Source: a virus
Virus record (IMG/VR): IMGVR_UViG_3300019776_000919
Coordinates: 64,001 to 128,000 of that record
Strand: one strand, 5' to 3'
Length of the DNA: 64,000 nt
Of this stretch, positions 10,423-20,258 are shown in pieces. The translations under genes and the position numbers were made by a program. The notes under the pieces were generated by a model, which was given only the letters and a program-made list of their open reading frames with translations, ran no database searches and was not told the DNA's origin. How positions within the stretch are numbered: position 1 is the stretch's first letter; every line of letters begins with the position of its first letter.

Positions 10423-10644
10423 TTAGTAGCCTCTCAGTTCGAGGGGGCTACATAAACTGCTAAATTCTAAATCCCTTTCGTCCCCAAGTTGAGGTCGTGA
10501 ACAAGAGGTACCTAGGTACCAATTCAATTCTTCAGAAGATATCTTCTTACGTGGTGTTTCAAATGGATCATTCGAACTTTCTCCGCATTGAACTACTTGC
10601 GGACGACGTTGAACTATTCCGGCTATGTTTTGAATATGTGCCAT
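10423..10644 (-). CDS. hypothetical protein
   Basis: AGGAG RBS; downstream of the phage promoter at 10686. Confidence 0.55.
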   Translation of the reverse strand: MAHIQNIAGIVQRRPQVVQCGESSNDPFETPRKKISSEELNWYLGTSCSRPQLGDERDLEFSSLCSPLELRGY

Positions 10645-10715
10645 AGCAGGCTCCTAGCGGCGTGACAATGTTACCGCTTAATACTCTTATACCAAAACTT
10701 AAGCTTGTAATTGAA

Positions 10716-12353
10716 TTACGATTTTCTAACTATAGCTTCTTTTACCCAGCCGGGTAAAACCTTGCTGTTTCTAGAAACGAATTTATTAAATCGTTCATCG
10801 AGTAAGAATGTTACTCCGTAATCCGAAGCAGATCTATTCACTCGACCTATTTGTTGACCAAAAATTATCAAGCTCTGATAGTTATACCATTGAAAATCGT
10901 TTTGTACTTTGTCGGATACAAAGGCAGAGCTTGTATTTAGGTAAGGTACTCTAAGTATGATCTGGAATCTAGCCCGATCTTCTTTGAAGTCTACTCCTTG
11001 TTGACACACCGGAGACAGCAACACCTTAGCCTCTTTGGCTGCAAAGAACCCCTGTAACTTCTCCTGAAAGTCCATCGAAGAATGGCTAATGAATCGATCA
11101 TTGTTTAATGCATTTCTAATTTGTTCCCCTGCTAAATAGCTGGGTACATGGATAAGGCCCTTTACATCATGGAATACTGTGCAAATATTCTTGATAATTT
11201 CAATCATCCCTGCAAAATTATCATTCCATTTTGCGTGAGATGTATCGATTTGATATTTAGGGATTGCGTATATGGGTCTGTTTTCTTTCGGGAAAGACGA
11301 CCCTATTCTTACAAAGTAAGCAGAACTAGGGTCAATGCCTATGTTTTTACAATACAACTCTTTGTTATAAATTGTACCCGACATTAGGAGAATTTTTTCT
11401 CCGAACGCCAAGAGCATGGCATTTACCGCACCACCTACGTTATGAGGTACGAACTCTAAGTTTGTCCCGTGAGGTAGGCTTGTTCCCGGCCTTACTTCAG
11501 GAATGACTTCTACTGAAAAACCTTTATCAAGATTGCCGTTCATATTTACGGCCAAAATTTGCATCAAGTATTTTTCTTTAAAAGACTTATATTCCTTGTC
11601 ATGCTGCCTCATTAATTCATCACGAGCAGTTTCTTTAGGGACCAGTTCATCAGACAACAGGAATGTTTCCCAATCTTTCCATGTTTTCAGTTCATCAAAA
11701 GTACCTGGGGGAAATACCTTGGGCAAATAGATCTTTTTAGTGACAAAAGATCTAATGGTACCTTCAATTTCATGCGCCTCATCTATGATGAGAACATCAC
11801 GTTTTTGAAAGCTGTTTCCAAAACTGGATTGAAAGATAAACGAGTGGAGGTTATGGACAACCATCGAGTGAGATTGGGCTATACCCATTGCCACGGTATA
11901 TGGACAAGCCCTGTCAGAAGTGCATAGATTATACACGTCTTTATCATCCCTACAAGGGGCATCTGAGCAATTAGGCTCACCTCTTTTTGGCTGGTCTATT
12001 TTTCCTTCCTGTATTAAAGATATGACTTTTCTATAGGAAGTTGACTTTAATTCGTGAGTGCACGGGTATGCCGCCCTACCCTTCATTAAGACTAAATGCT
12101 TATCGAAATCTTCAAAGTATTGATCTTGAAGACTTTTTCTAGGAGTAATAATGTGAGCGCCGGATTTACCGTAGAATTTAGCTATTGTAGCGGCAATAGC
12201 ACTTTTACCAGACCCCACTGGGGCCTCTAAGATAACAATCTTACTGCCGCTACTAAAAGCTTTATCTATTTCCCGAATCACCAGCTCTTGGCTTTTTCTA
12301 GGTGATTCTAAAGGAAAACACTCCATTATATCTGGAGTGGTTTCGTTACTCAT
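10716..12353 (-). CDS. DinG/XPD-family SF2 helicase
   Basis: PRKSQ Q-motif, EAPVGSGKS, KGRAAYPC with Fe-S Cys, IIDEAH, MSGT, QGVDF, QQIGRVNRS..DYG...LLDERF. Confidence 0.9.
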   Translation of the reverse strand: MSNETTPDIMECFPLESPRKSQELVIREIDKAFSSGSKIVILEAPVGSGKSAIAATIAKFYGKSGAHIITPRKSLQDQYFEDFDKHLVLMKGRAAYPCTHELKSTSYRKVISLIQEGKIDQPKRGEPNCSDAPCRDDKDVYNLCTSDRACPYTVAMGIAQSHSMVVHNLHSFIFQSSFGNSFQKRDVLIIDEAHEIEGTIRSFVTKKIYLPKVFPPGTFDELKTWKDWETFLLSDELVPKETARDELMRQHDKEYKSFKEKYLMQILAVNMNGNLDKGFSVEVIPEVRPGTSLPHGTNLEFVPHNVGGAVNAMLLAFGEKILLMSGTIYNKELYCKNIGIDPSSAYFVRIGSSFPKENRPIYAIPKYQIDTSHAKWNDNFAGMIEIIKNICTVFHDVKGLIHVPSYLAGEQIRNALNNDRFISHSSMDFQEKLQGFFAAKEAKVLLSPVCQQGVDFKEDRARFQIILRVPYLNTSSAFVSDKVQNDFQWYNYQSLIIFGQQIGRVNRSASDYGVTFLLDERFNKFVSRNSKVLPGWVKEAIVRKS

Positions 12354-12772
12354 GCGTATTTTGCGTTTGCCGGTTTGAGTTTAGTAAACAGAGTTTCCAC
12401 TTCACTCTGATCTAAACCTTTTTCAAAGTATAGGGCAGTTATCTCTTTTTCATAAGCAGCTATAACATTGTCAAAATACTTCTTTATCGCCTCAGTTTGT
12501 CCCGGATTTTTAGACGTGGATTTAGAAGAATCATTTTCGATTTCTTCTTCTGCATTGGCATTTATGTAAAATGCATTTTCAGGGGCTTTGTCAAAAATGT
12601 CTGCTAGGGGGACGTTTCCTGACACAACCCAATTCTCAATGTAAGCCCTGCGTTCCAGTTCAGACTTTGTAAAAGTACGATGATAAGCAGAAGGGGTCCA
12701 ACCGGAAGTGGTAGGAGAACTTATAGTATCCGGCATGGCGATAAAAAGATCGGGAGTAAAATTAGCAGTCAT
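12350..12772 (-). CDS. hypothetical protein
   Basis: ATGA overlaps with neighbours. Confidence 0.6.
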   Translation of the reverse strand: MTANFTPDLFIAMPDTISSPTTSGWTPSAYHRTFTKSELERRAYIENWVVSGNVPLADIFDKAPENAFYINANAEEEIENDSSKSTSKNPGQTEAIKKYFDNVIAAYEKEITALYFEKGLDQSEVETLFTKLKPANAKYA

Positions 12773-13023
12773 AGTAATAATGGCCTTTCAAAAATATCCA
12801 GCTTATTTAGCTGCAGTAGAAACTCTTTAATTATCAAAGATTCAGAATTTACACCAGAATCCTCAATAGAAGAAACGGTGTCAAAAATTTTGAAATCTAA
12901 CTTTGAAAATATTTCAGTTGATAACTCTTGCAAAGATATGTCAGGTGCATACTTTAGGTTTTTTTGATTTTTACATAGAATCTCTTCTATGCCTTCTATC
13001 GAAATAGAGTCCAAGTTTATCAT
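12769..13023 (-). CDS. hypothetical protein
   Basis: ATGA overlaps with neighbours. Confidence 0.6.
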   Translation of the reverse strand: MINLDSISIEGIEEILCKNQKNLKYAPDISLQELSTEIFSKLDFKIFDTVSSIEDSGVNSESLIIKEFLLQLNKLDIFERPLLL

Positions 13024-13481
13024 TGAACCCCCGTACTTCCAAAACCATTTTCACCCCGCTTTGTAGATGAAAGGGTTTCAGATTTTACAAAAACCACTTT
13101 AGGAACAGGAATAATAACTCCCTGTGCAATACGATCACCCTTCTTTATCTCCATGGATTGTTGCCATGAGCCTACATCCATAGATAATTTAATCATCAAT
13201 TCTCCTCGATAATCAGAATCAATGACTCCGACGCAGTTGGCCAATCGAGTATCTTTATTGAATCCATGCCCACTGCGGGAATAGATGAACATTGCATGTC
13301 CGGAAGGTATTTCGAACTTCAGATTAGTTTTTATTACGGCAGGAGATCCATACGTCAGAACAGCATCTTCTGATGCACTAATATCGAAAGCTCCTGAACC
13401 ATCTGTTGCATATTTAGGTTCATTAGTGGGGATTTCGATATTAACGCAAGAAAAGTTAACAGGTAGAGTTTGAATTGTCAT
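13020..13481 (-). CDS. dut: trimeric dUTPase
   Basis: GAFDI, SRSG, GVIDSDYRGE, GDRIAQ and RGENGFGSTG motifs. Confidence 0.97.
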   Translation of the reverse strand: MTIQTLPVNFSCVNIEIPTNEPKYATDGSGAFDISASEDAVLTYGSPAVIKTNLKFEIPSGHAMFIYSRSGHGFNKDTRLANCVGVIDSDYRGELMIKLSMDVGSWQQSMEIKKGDRIAQGVIIPVPKVVFVKSETLSSTKRGENGFGSTGVQ

Positions 13482-13538
13482 GTATATTTATTAAAAAAGA
13501 AAAGCCCTGTTTTGGCAGGGCGGGAATGTGACCTAAGA

Positions 13539-14081
13539 TCACGGTTTATCGATAAGTCTGGCGTTGTAAGCCAAATTACCAAAATCCAAAGACAAACGTT
13601 CACAAAGAATGTAAACGCATGTAATAATTGAAGTTATTTGAAATTCTTTATTATCGTCTTTAGGAGCATCAGGATCGGGTTCATTAACTTCATCCTCATC
13701 ATGCCAGACGTACAGGTCCTCGACAATGCTAGTGATAGCAGTGATGCCGCTGATACTGCAAAGGATCGCATCTTGATGATAAATAGGGTCGAATTCTTCC
13801 ATGCATGCATCAATCAGCTCTTCGTCAATCTCCATGTTGAGATTGAGCAGATTCACTAACCCTGCAGTGTAGAAAAGAACTCTTGAAAGTTCTCGACCTA
13901 CGTCCTCCATCTTAGCTTCAGTCAAAGGTTTATTTCGACAAGCCAAAATGATTTTGTTAACTTTACTAAAAGAATCAATACCTTTAACTAAACAGGTTGA
14001 AATCAAAGCGTCGGTATCAAAAGATTCCTCTTTAGATGAATCGAGCAGGAGATCACCTACTTTTTGAATAAGTACTTGCAT
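13539..14081 (-). CDS. hypothetical protein, possibly a degenerate MazG-like helical protein
   Basis: DVGRELSRVLFYTAGLVNLLNL resembles the MazG ELGDVLWY helix but lacks the Asp. Confidence 0.4.
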   Translation of the reverse strand: MQVLIQKVGDLLLDSSKEESFDTDALISTCLVKGIDSFSKVNKIILACRNKPLTEAKMEDVGRELSRVLFYTAGLVNLLNLNMEIDEELIDACMEEFDPIYHQDAILCSISGITAITSIVEDLYVWHDEDEVNEPDPDAPKDDNKEFQITSIITCVYILCERLSLDFGNLAYNARLIDKP

Positions 14082-14377
14082 TTACTAAAAGAGCTGGTTA
14101 GGCTCTTGATGGTGCCTTATTTAGGCGGGTTTTTAGGGCCGGAAAAACCGGAGAAGAAAGCAACGATCATGTTGAGAATTAGGGTCAATGCCCATACACA
14201 GACTGAGTATATGGCAACTGCGGACAGTATCATTATGATTCCTGCCGCAAACAACCCAATGATTGCTTTAATGATCATAGAGTTCCTCAATCATCTCTTT
14301 TGACTGTCGGTAAACAAACCTGCCTGCGTAGTACAGGCAAATTCCGACAATCAAGGTTTGAACTACCAGGGGAAGAT

Positions 14378-14911
14378 TCATACAAGCCTCAATATTCGAT
14401 CTTTTGCCTTTTCAACCTTTTTTGTATAGGCTGATTGGCAGGTTACAGGATTCTTCTTACAAAACTTGTCAGCGCCGGTTGGGCCGAGGTTGTATGCGAG
14501 AAGGGCTTGCCGATTAGTCTTCAATCGGTTTCGATACTGAGTCAATATCTCGACCCCGGTTCGAACGTTTGTTACTGATGAATGCTGGACTTCTTTACCG
14601 TGAACTTTTACGTTCACTTGCATCAAGCCTACGCTAGGTCCGATCTTGTGAATCGCCTGCGGCTTGAAGCTAGATTCTACTGCCATTACTGACAGTACGT
14701 CTACTGGGGTTGGGAATGTATCACCCCCGAATTTGTACGCTAAGCTAACTGCCAGTTGGGCATCAGATCGGGAGATGTTAAAACTTTCTGCCAATCTATC
14801 AGCCACCTTCATCTCAATATACTCCCGTCCAGGCAAGCATTGCGATGGTTGGATAGGGTTTAATGACAACAACCCCATAAACATTACTACTACTGAAAGT
14901 AGGTATTTCAT
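14378..14911 (-). CDS. lytic transglycosylase (SLT domain) with signal peptide
   Basis: VMAVESSF, GLMQV, ALLAYNLGP. Start at MKYLLS (14911), since the longer ORF runs through tRNA-Leu. Confidence 0.88.
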   Translation of the reverse strand: MKYLLSVVVMFMGLLSLNPIQPSQCLPGREYIEMKVADRLAESFNISRSDAQLAVSLAYKFGGDTFPTPVDVLSVMAVESSFKPQAIHKIGPSVGLMQVNVKVHGKEVQHSSVTNVRTGVEILTQYRNRLKTNRQALLAYNLGPTGADKFCKKNPVTCQSAYTKKVEKAKDRILRLV

Positions 14912-14930
14912 GGATTTTCCTTTGGTAATA

Positions 14931-15015
14931 TGGTGCGGGTGAAGGGACTCGAACCCCCACGCCTTGCGGCATCTGGACCTAAACCAGGTGCGTCTACCGA
15001 TTTCGCCACACCCGC
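14931..15015 (-). tRNA. tRNA-Leu(TAG)
   Basis: Cloverleaf with long variable arm, TTCGA T-loop, encoded CCA. Confidence 0.95.
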
Positions 15016-15075
15016 ACAAAACATATATCTCCGTACTATCCTTATACCAGAATATTGACGAATTATTGGTTAATT

Positions 15076-15768
15076 TTACACCAATATCTTACCTGCGTCA
15101 ATATCGTTTTTCAGTTCAACCAACTCATCTACGTTCAGACCCAATTCTTGTTTTAGTAGATGTTTTGCATTAGCTATTTTCTGAGCTTTAGCTATTTCAA
15201 CTCTTTTAAGAAGCTCTTCTTTTTCTTTCAAAGCGTATCTAATGGCTTTGGCAAAAACAAGGTATTCTTGATCGCTTTGATTCGTTAAACTTCTTTTGGA
15301 AAAAGCTGCCAACAAAAACCTTTGAGCATCGTTATTTAAAAGAGCAGGGGGTCTTTTGTAATGAGATGGATGAACGAAGACAGTTATATAATACAGTTGC
15401 GCTTTTAAACCTACAAAATTTGCTTTAAATTTTTGATGATTACTATCGATATAGGACTGGATGTCGGTAACCAGTTTACTATAATTAACCAATAATTCGT
15501 TAATCCCCATGTTGGCTATACAAATTGCTGAAGCTTCTGACCAAGAGTTTTCATCGGTAAGTATTTTATGAAATTCAGGATCCTCATCTCTTCTGACAAA
15601 AGCAAATTTCAAAATATCATGAGGGCTTTTAATGTTCAGATCAGAACCCAACCGGTCTTTAATAAAAGCAATTTTGGCCTGGTCTTGAATTTCTATTGGG
15701 AAATCTTCAAATTTTTCATCTTGACCAGATTTGGATTTATATGAACTCATTTTTTGAAATGACATCAC
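15076..15768 (-). CDS. hypothetical protein, paralog of 15765-16424
   Basis: Shares AKIAFI and C-terminal AK.LL..ELGL with its neighbour. Confidence 0.7.
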   Translation of the reverse strand: MMSFQKMSSYKSKSGQDEKFEDFPIEIQDQAKIAFIKDRLGSDLNIKSPHDILKFAFVRRDEDPEFHKILTDENSWSEASAICIANMGINELLVNYSKLVTDIQSYIDSNHQKFKANFVGLKAQLYYITVFVHPSHYKRPPALLNNDAQRFLLAAFSKRSLTNQSDQEYLVFAKAIRYALKEKEELLKRVEIAKAQKIANAKHLLKQELGLNVDELVELKNDIDAGKILV

Positions 15769-16424
15769 AGTCTCAATCCCAATTCTTTAGCCAATACTTC
15801 TTTTGCCTCTTGAATTCTTTTCTGACGTTCTTTTTCTTTTTTCTCTGCTAAGTATTCTCTCCTTACTTTACTAGTCCAAGCATCTTTTAGGCAAGATTGA
15901 TAAAGTTTTTGTACGTAGTCAAGTCTGGCAAACTCACTATCGGAAGATAACAATAACCCTGAATATTCAGGTAAGCGGGAAAGACGATTTTGTTCAATGA
16001 TTGTTTTCTCGTCTATATTGAGGATATGAGATGTTTCTTCTATTGACTTTTGTTTGAATAAGATGAAAAAATCCTCATCGACCTCAATGTTTTCTATAGC
16101 ATGTAACTTCTCTGCTAAACCTAGTACCGTAGTCTTAACCCATAGATTTTTAGATTCAGCAAAAAGATAATTGACTAAAGTTCTTTTATCATAATCTAAA
16201 TTTGGACTTCTGTCCCGTGATATAAATATGTATTGTACCTCATCCGTCGGAATGAATTTTTGGTTCTTTTCTATTCCTAGGGCGTTGTAAACATTAATAC
16301 TCCAGTTTGTAAATACTTCCAATATAAATGCAATTTTTGCCTCCGTAAGGTCTTGAGGCGACAAGTCATTTACAGAAAAAACACGGGCAGGGGCTTTTGC
16401 TTTTACAGATTTAGAAATAGCCAT
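15765..16424 (-). CDS. hypothetical protein, paralog of 15076-15768
   Basis: EAKIAFILE...AKEVLAKELGL. Confidence 0.7.
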   Translation of the reverse strand: MAISKSVKAKAPARVFSVNDLSPQDLTEAKIAFILEVFTNWSINVYNALGIEKNQKFIPTDEVQYIFISRDRSPNLDYDKRTLVNYLFAESKNLWVKTTVLGLAEKLHAIENIEVDEDFFILFKQKSIEETSHILNIDEKTIIEQNRLSRLPEYSGLLLSSDSEFARLDYVQKLYQSCLKDAWTSKVRREYLAEKKEKERQKRIQEAKEVLAKELGLRL

Positions 16425-16439
16425 GATTATTACAGTACG

Positions 16440-17147
16440 TTATGCGGGATAAGGGACGCCGTGAGATTTATACACAGCTTTGATACCCTCTTCGGAAAGA
16501 AAAGTACCTTCTGATTCAAGGTTACTTATGAATTTTTTAACTTTCAAAACCTTCTTCTCTTGTTCTCGGATGCGGGCTTTTTCTGCTCTTTTTTCCAATT
16601 CTTTTTGACGAATTTCCGCAGTCTTTCTATTTCTCCTATTAGAGTCCAGTGACTCTAGTACGGAGCTTAGGTAATGATAAAGGCCGGATTTACTAGAGTC
16701 AGCTACCGTCAATGCATTTTCAAGATCTTTTCCAGAAACTTTCTGAGGCTTAATAACCACCAGAAATCCCCTAGACGAAGCGTTGTACACTCTATTTAAG
16801 AAATCTTCCCGAGAGCTTGTTACCCACGCGTCTGATTCTACAAGACTAGAATCAAACATATACATCAGCTCATGTCCGTAATGAGATGGGATGGGGTACA
16901 CTTTTTCTTTATCAATAAATGAATACGTAAGTTCGCTGGGCATATTAGTATACCAATATGCAGGCAATTGATGGTTGTTTGCAACTGTAGTAGCGTTGAA
17001 AATTGTCCGGAGTTTTCGCCGGGATTCGTTAATCAATTCCGCTTCTGGGAATTCCTTTAAAGATTCTTTTACCTTAGTCAAATGAAGTTCAACCGAACGT
17101 TCATCTACGTAAGAAGGGAGTTTTTTAGGTTTGATTGGCGAGTTCAT
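16440..17147 (-). CDS. hypothetical protein with charged C-terminal coiled coil
   Basis: 235-aa ORF in operon. Confidence 0.65.
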   Translation of the reverse strand: MNSPIKPKKLPSYVDERSVELHLTKVKESLKEFPEAELINESRRKLRTIFNATTVANNHQLPAYWYTNMPSELTYSFIDKEKVYPIPSHYGHELMYMFDSSLVESDAWVTSSREDFLNRVYNASSRGFLVVIKPQKVSGKDLENALTVADSSKSGLYHYLSSVLESLDSNRRNRKTAEIRQKELEKRAEKARIREQEKKVLKVKKFISNLESEGTFLSEEGIKAVYKSHGVPYPA

Positions 17148-17644
17148 TTACTTATCAGTTCCAAACGTTTATCCAAAGCTTCAAAAGCTTCAGTGTGAGT
17201 TAACCCTTTTTTAGACTTACACCAGATATACCCCGGTAAGCCCATAGGGAATTCTGCGGCGGCGTCATCAATAATTGCGTATTTTGTCAATTTGAATTGA
17301 TGAATATATTCTTGGATGGCTTCCCATCTACGGGGCTCTGAAGGCCTAGTGGTACCGATTATGTACGGTCTAATTTCTTCTGGGAAAAATCCCACTAGGT
17401 CTTCATAGTTCCAACAATATCTCCAAGCCGAACTTATAACAATTTTGACTTTAGGATATTTTTGTAGTAACCCTAAAAGCAACGGGGCCCATCGAAACAA
17501 CCTATTTCCACAAGGGGTATTAAATGCGGAAATCTGCGCCGCATTGTCGGGGTGTAACACCCCATCAATATCTAGAAAAATTATAGGTATTTCAGGAGAA
17601 GGGGACCCCGTTATGTATATAAGAATAGGCTCGGAGATATTCAT
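17144..17644 (-). CDS. HAD-superfamily phosphatase (RNA-repair HAD_SAK-like)
   Basis: FLDIDGVL, IVISSAWR, IIGTT, YAIIDD motifs. Confidence 0.85.
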   Translation of the reverse strand: MNISEPILIYITGSPSPEIPIIFLDIDGVLHPDNAAQISAFNTPCGNRLFRWAPLLLGLLQKYPKVKIVISSAWRYCWNYEDLVGFFPEEIRPYIIGTTRPSEPRRWEAIQEYIHQFKLTKYAIIDDAAAEFPMGLPGYIWCKSKKGLTHTEAFEALDKRLELISK

Positions 17645-17652
17645 AGATCTAG

Positions 17653-18054
17653 TTAAAACTCAGGGAAAATAGCATAAGAGGTGGAGTAACCCTCGTAATG
17701 CGCTTTGACGTTGTAAATGCGAGTGACATAATAATTACCGTCTTCATTTTCTTCTACCGTAAAACTGGCAGTAAAATGACAAAGACCTTCTGCTTGATGC
17801 TTTTTCAAATCACGTTTCATGAAACCCAATTGAGCACGCAAAAGCAGGTTAGCATTATTTTTGTGGAAAACTACAATACCACTGCTAAAAGGATTCTGCT
17901 CAAACTGGGACGGATCATTTTGAATAAGCGTCCCATCAATGTTTTGAATAAGCAAAGCAATCTTACCTGCGCCAATAGAATAATTGGTATTGATATCCAC
18001 AATGCGGAAAGAGTTTGCATTGCGAGTACCGGTCAGGTTAATTTTCTTAGGCAT
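17653..18054 (-). CDS. hypothetical protein
   Basis: 133-aa ORF in operon. Confidence 0.6.
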   Translation of the reverse strand: MPKKINLTGTRNANSFRIVDINTNYSIGAGKIALLIQNIDGTLIQNDPSQFEQNPFSSGIVVFHKNNANLLLRAQLGFMKRDLKKHQAEGLCHFTASFTVEENEDGNYYVTRIYNVKAHYEGYSTSYAIFPEF

Positions 18055-18148
18055 AATATTTCCAATTCTTCAGTAACTAAAGTGATTAAAAGATTCAAAT
18101 TTTATTGGAATTATTATCATGCGAGTATAAGTCCGCCGACTTAAAACA

Positions 18149-18457
18149 TTACTTCAAAATCCCTTGATTCTTAAGGATTTTTTGCCAATCAGATTCCCAT
18201 TTTTCCGATTCGGGTTTTACACAATCAGGCTGATTGGTATTCTTATCGTACTCCATTGCCTTGCGTTTAAGAGCCTGATATTCTTCCCATTGCTCTTTAG
18301 TAATAATAACAGTTTTAAGAGGAAATGGCCAAACGCCGGGAGTAAATGGAGTGACTTTCTTATCGCTTTCGTAAGGATATACATCCCCCGGAGCAGGAAA
18401 CTTTGGTAAAGGCCACTTATCCTGATAGTGGTCTGTAATCATGGATACAACGCACAT
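18149..18457 (-). CDS. hypothetical protein
   Basis: AAGGA RBS; MCVVSM...QPDC pattern. Confidence 0.65.
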   Translation of the reverse strand: MCVVSMITDHYQDKWPLPKFPAPGDVYPYESDKKVTPFTPGVWPFPLKTVIITKEQWEEYQALKRKAMEYDKNTNQPDCVKPESEKWESDWQKILKNQGILK

Positions 18458-18459
18458 GC

Positions 18460-19413
18460 CTATTCCTTAAAATGTTTCTTGAATAACTTTTCAAAATCAA
18501 TCGCTTCAGCAGGTTTCTTAAGCTTATTAAGAATTTCTACTCTATTGGCCAATTCATCGTTCCGTTCGGTTTTTATGACCCTAACCCAGGAACCATCAGT
18601 CATAACCAATTTCCCATCCCAGATCTCTACTTGATCACTGGGGCTACCGGTGCCAGCAAATTCACTAACACACATATATTCTGGGATACTTGTTTTCCCC
18701 CAATCTACAATCTTGGCCGCAAGAAGATTTTTATCAGCCTCAACTTCTTCTTTCATTCTTTTTTTAAATTTAGAAAGGCGTTGCCAGTGATCCGAAGACC
18801 CGTCTTTATATTCAGGGGAGACGTAAAAGAGGGCATCGCTAAAATGAAATCCACCACCATAATAATTATGGCTAGCATCCTTATGTACGACACTCCCTAA
18901 TTCCAACATCAATACCCAAACTTCCTTTAAAAGCTGAATGTCTTCAGGGGTTCTTTCTTCTGTTTCGTTTTTTGCGGTCATTTTTAAATAAACGCTTTCG
19001 AGAGCCTTGTAAACCAAGGTATTAAACAGCTCATCAGAAGATCGATTAAACCCTCGTTCAAACTTCAAGTAATCAACGGCAAATTTGCAAATTGCACCAG
19101 ATCGATAAACCCCTGAGTAGCATTGAACAAGAACATTGTTTTCTAATGCTTTCGCTTCTAATAGGATTTTTACAATCTCGAAAGATTGTTGTTCAGTTAT
19201 ACAAAACTCCCCCATTTGAGACAAGAGGGACGTATGTTTTTCATCCAAGTCTAAAAACTCAAATTGATGTTCTTCTTTGAACTTGGAATTATGAGTTGCA
19301 AACCTGCTAGCAGGGTCTGATATTTGAATCAGAACGGTTTTCTCAGTATTAACCTGAGAAAAATCAATACCCAAGGGTAGATTATTCTTAGATGTCTTTA
19401 AGATTTTAGACAT
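18460..19413 (-). CDS. protein-tyrosine/dual-specificity phosphatase-like N-terminal domain plus unknown C-terminal domain
   Basis: LIQISDP, FEFLD, VLVQCYSGVYRSGAI (CX5R loop). Confidence 0.7.
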   Translation of the reverse strand: MSKILKTSKNNLPLGIDFSQVNTEKTVLIQISDPASRFATHNSKFKEEHQFEFLDLDEKHTSLLSQMGEFCITEQQSFEIVKILLEAKALENNVLVQCYSGVYRSGAICKFAVDYLKFERGFNRSSDELFNTLVYKALESVYLKMTAKNETEERTPEDIQLLKEVWVLMLELGSVVHKDASHNYYGGGFHFSDALFYVSPEYKDGSSDHWQRLSKFKKRMKEEVEADKNLLAAKIVDWGKTSIPEYMCVSEFAGTGSPSDQVEIWDGKLVMTDGSWVRVIKTERNDELANRVEILNKLKKPAEAIDFEKLFKKHFKE

Positions 19414-19450
19414 GAATCCCTTAATGTATGTAAGGGTAAAAGTTAAGGTT

Positions 19451-19535
19451 TGGTGGAAGAGGTTGGATTCGAACCAACGTAGGCTGAGCCAGCGGATTTA
19501 CAGTCCACCCCCTTTAGCCACTCGGGCACTCTTCC
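19451..19535 (-). tRNA. tRNA-Tyr(GTA)
   Basis: Cloverleaf, CTGTAAA loop, long variable arm, CCA. Confidence 0.95.
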
Positions 19536-19545
19536 ACAATTAAGT

Positions 19546-19622
<77 letters not shown>

Positions 19623-19638
19623 GTTAAGGTATTATAAC

Positions 19639-19863
19639 TTAAGTTTTAAATCTTTTCAATAAATACAAAACACCACATATCAAAAACCAACTAAGCATCA
19701 AAATTACGCCCAAGGTGTTCAATACGGGGACGTAACAAATCCACGTTGGTATTTCATATTTATTAGTGATTTTATTATCTACTTCCATACTAAATTCTAG
19801 CGGGAGTGCCAACCAGCATACTACCACGGAAATTACATATATGAGATTTAAATTGTTAACCAT
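19639..19863 (-). CDS. small membrane protein
   Basis: Two hydrophobic segments with YVPVLN; similar to 19890-20174. Confidence 0.55.
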   Translation of the reverse strand: MVNNLNLIYVISVVVCWLALPLEFSMEVDNKITNKYEIPTWICYVPVLNTLGVILMLSWFLICGVLYLLKRFKT

Positions 19864-19889
19864 AAAATACCCGTCGCAATTTGACCTGA

Positions 19890-20174
19890 TTATCCCGGGC
19901 TGTCAGTATTGATATTGAGTAACGCGTCAAATAGCCGCTGAAATACTATCGTAAGGACGACACATGCATACACCATTAAAACCAATAGTACACTAGTAAC
20001 AAATATTGAATTTATACCTGGTATGTATGCAATTCGAAATGGTAGGCGTACATCTTCTCCAAATCCCGGCACGTCCAGTTTTACTGGAAGTATTATTACA
20101 CAAATTAACCAGGAGAAAAAATAGAGAAGAAGAATTAAATTTAAAATGTTCATGTTACTTGTAATTTGGTCCAA
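19890..20174 (-). CDS. small membrane protein
   Basis: Two hydrophobic segments with YIPGIN. Confidence 0.55.
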   Translation of the reverse strand: MDQITSNMNILNLILLLYFFSWLICVIILPVKLDVPGFGEDVRLPFRIAYIPGINSIFVTSVLLVLMVYACVVLTIVFQRLFDALLNINTDSPG

Positions 20175-20179
20175 TAAAA

Positions 20180-20256
20180 AAAACTAAGAGGAGAAGGAGA
20201 GAACCTCTTAGTTTATAAACCGACTAATCTCTAAAAGAGAATAGTCGGTTTTTTTA
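20180..20256 (-). terminator. tandem hairpin terminators
   Basis: AAACCGACT...AGTCGGTTT and AAACTAAGAGG...CCTCTTAGTTT stems after the 275-aa gene. Confidence 0.6.
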
Positions 20257-20258
20257 CA

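Noticed and set aside
14912-15019. N-terminal extension of the SLT ORF
   Set aside because: It is read through tRNA-Leu; the real start with RBS and signal peptide is at 14911.
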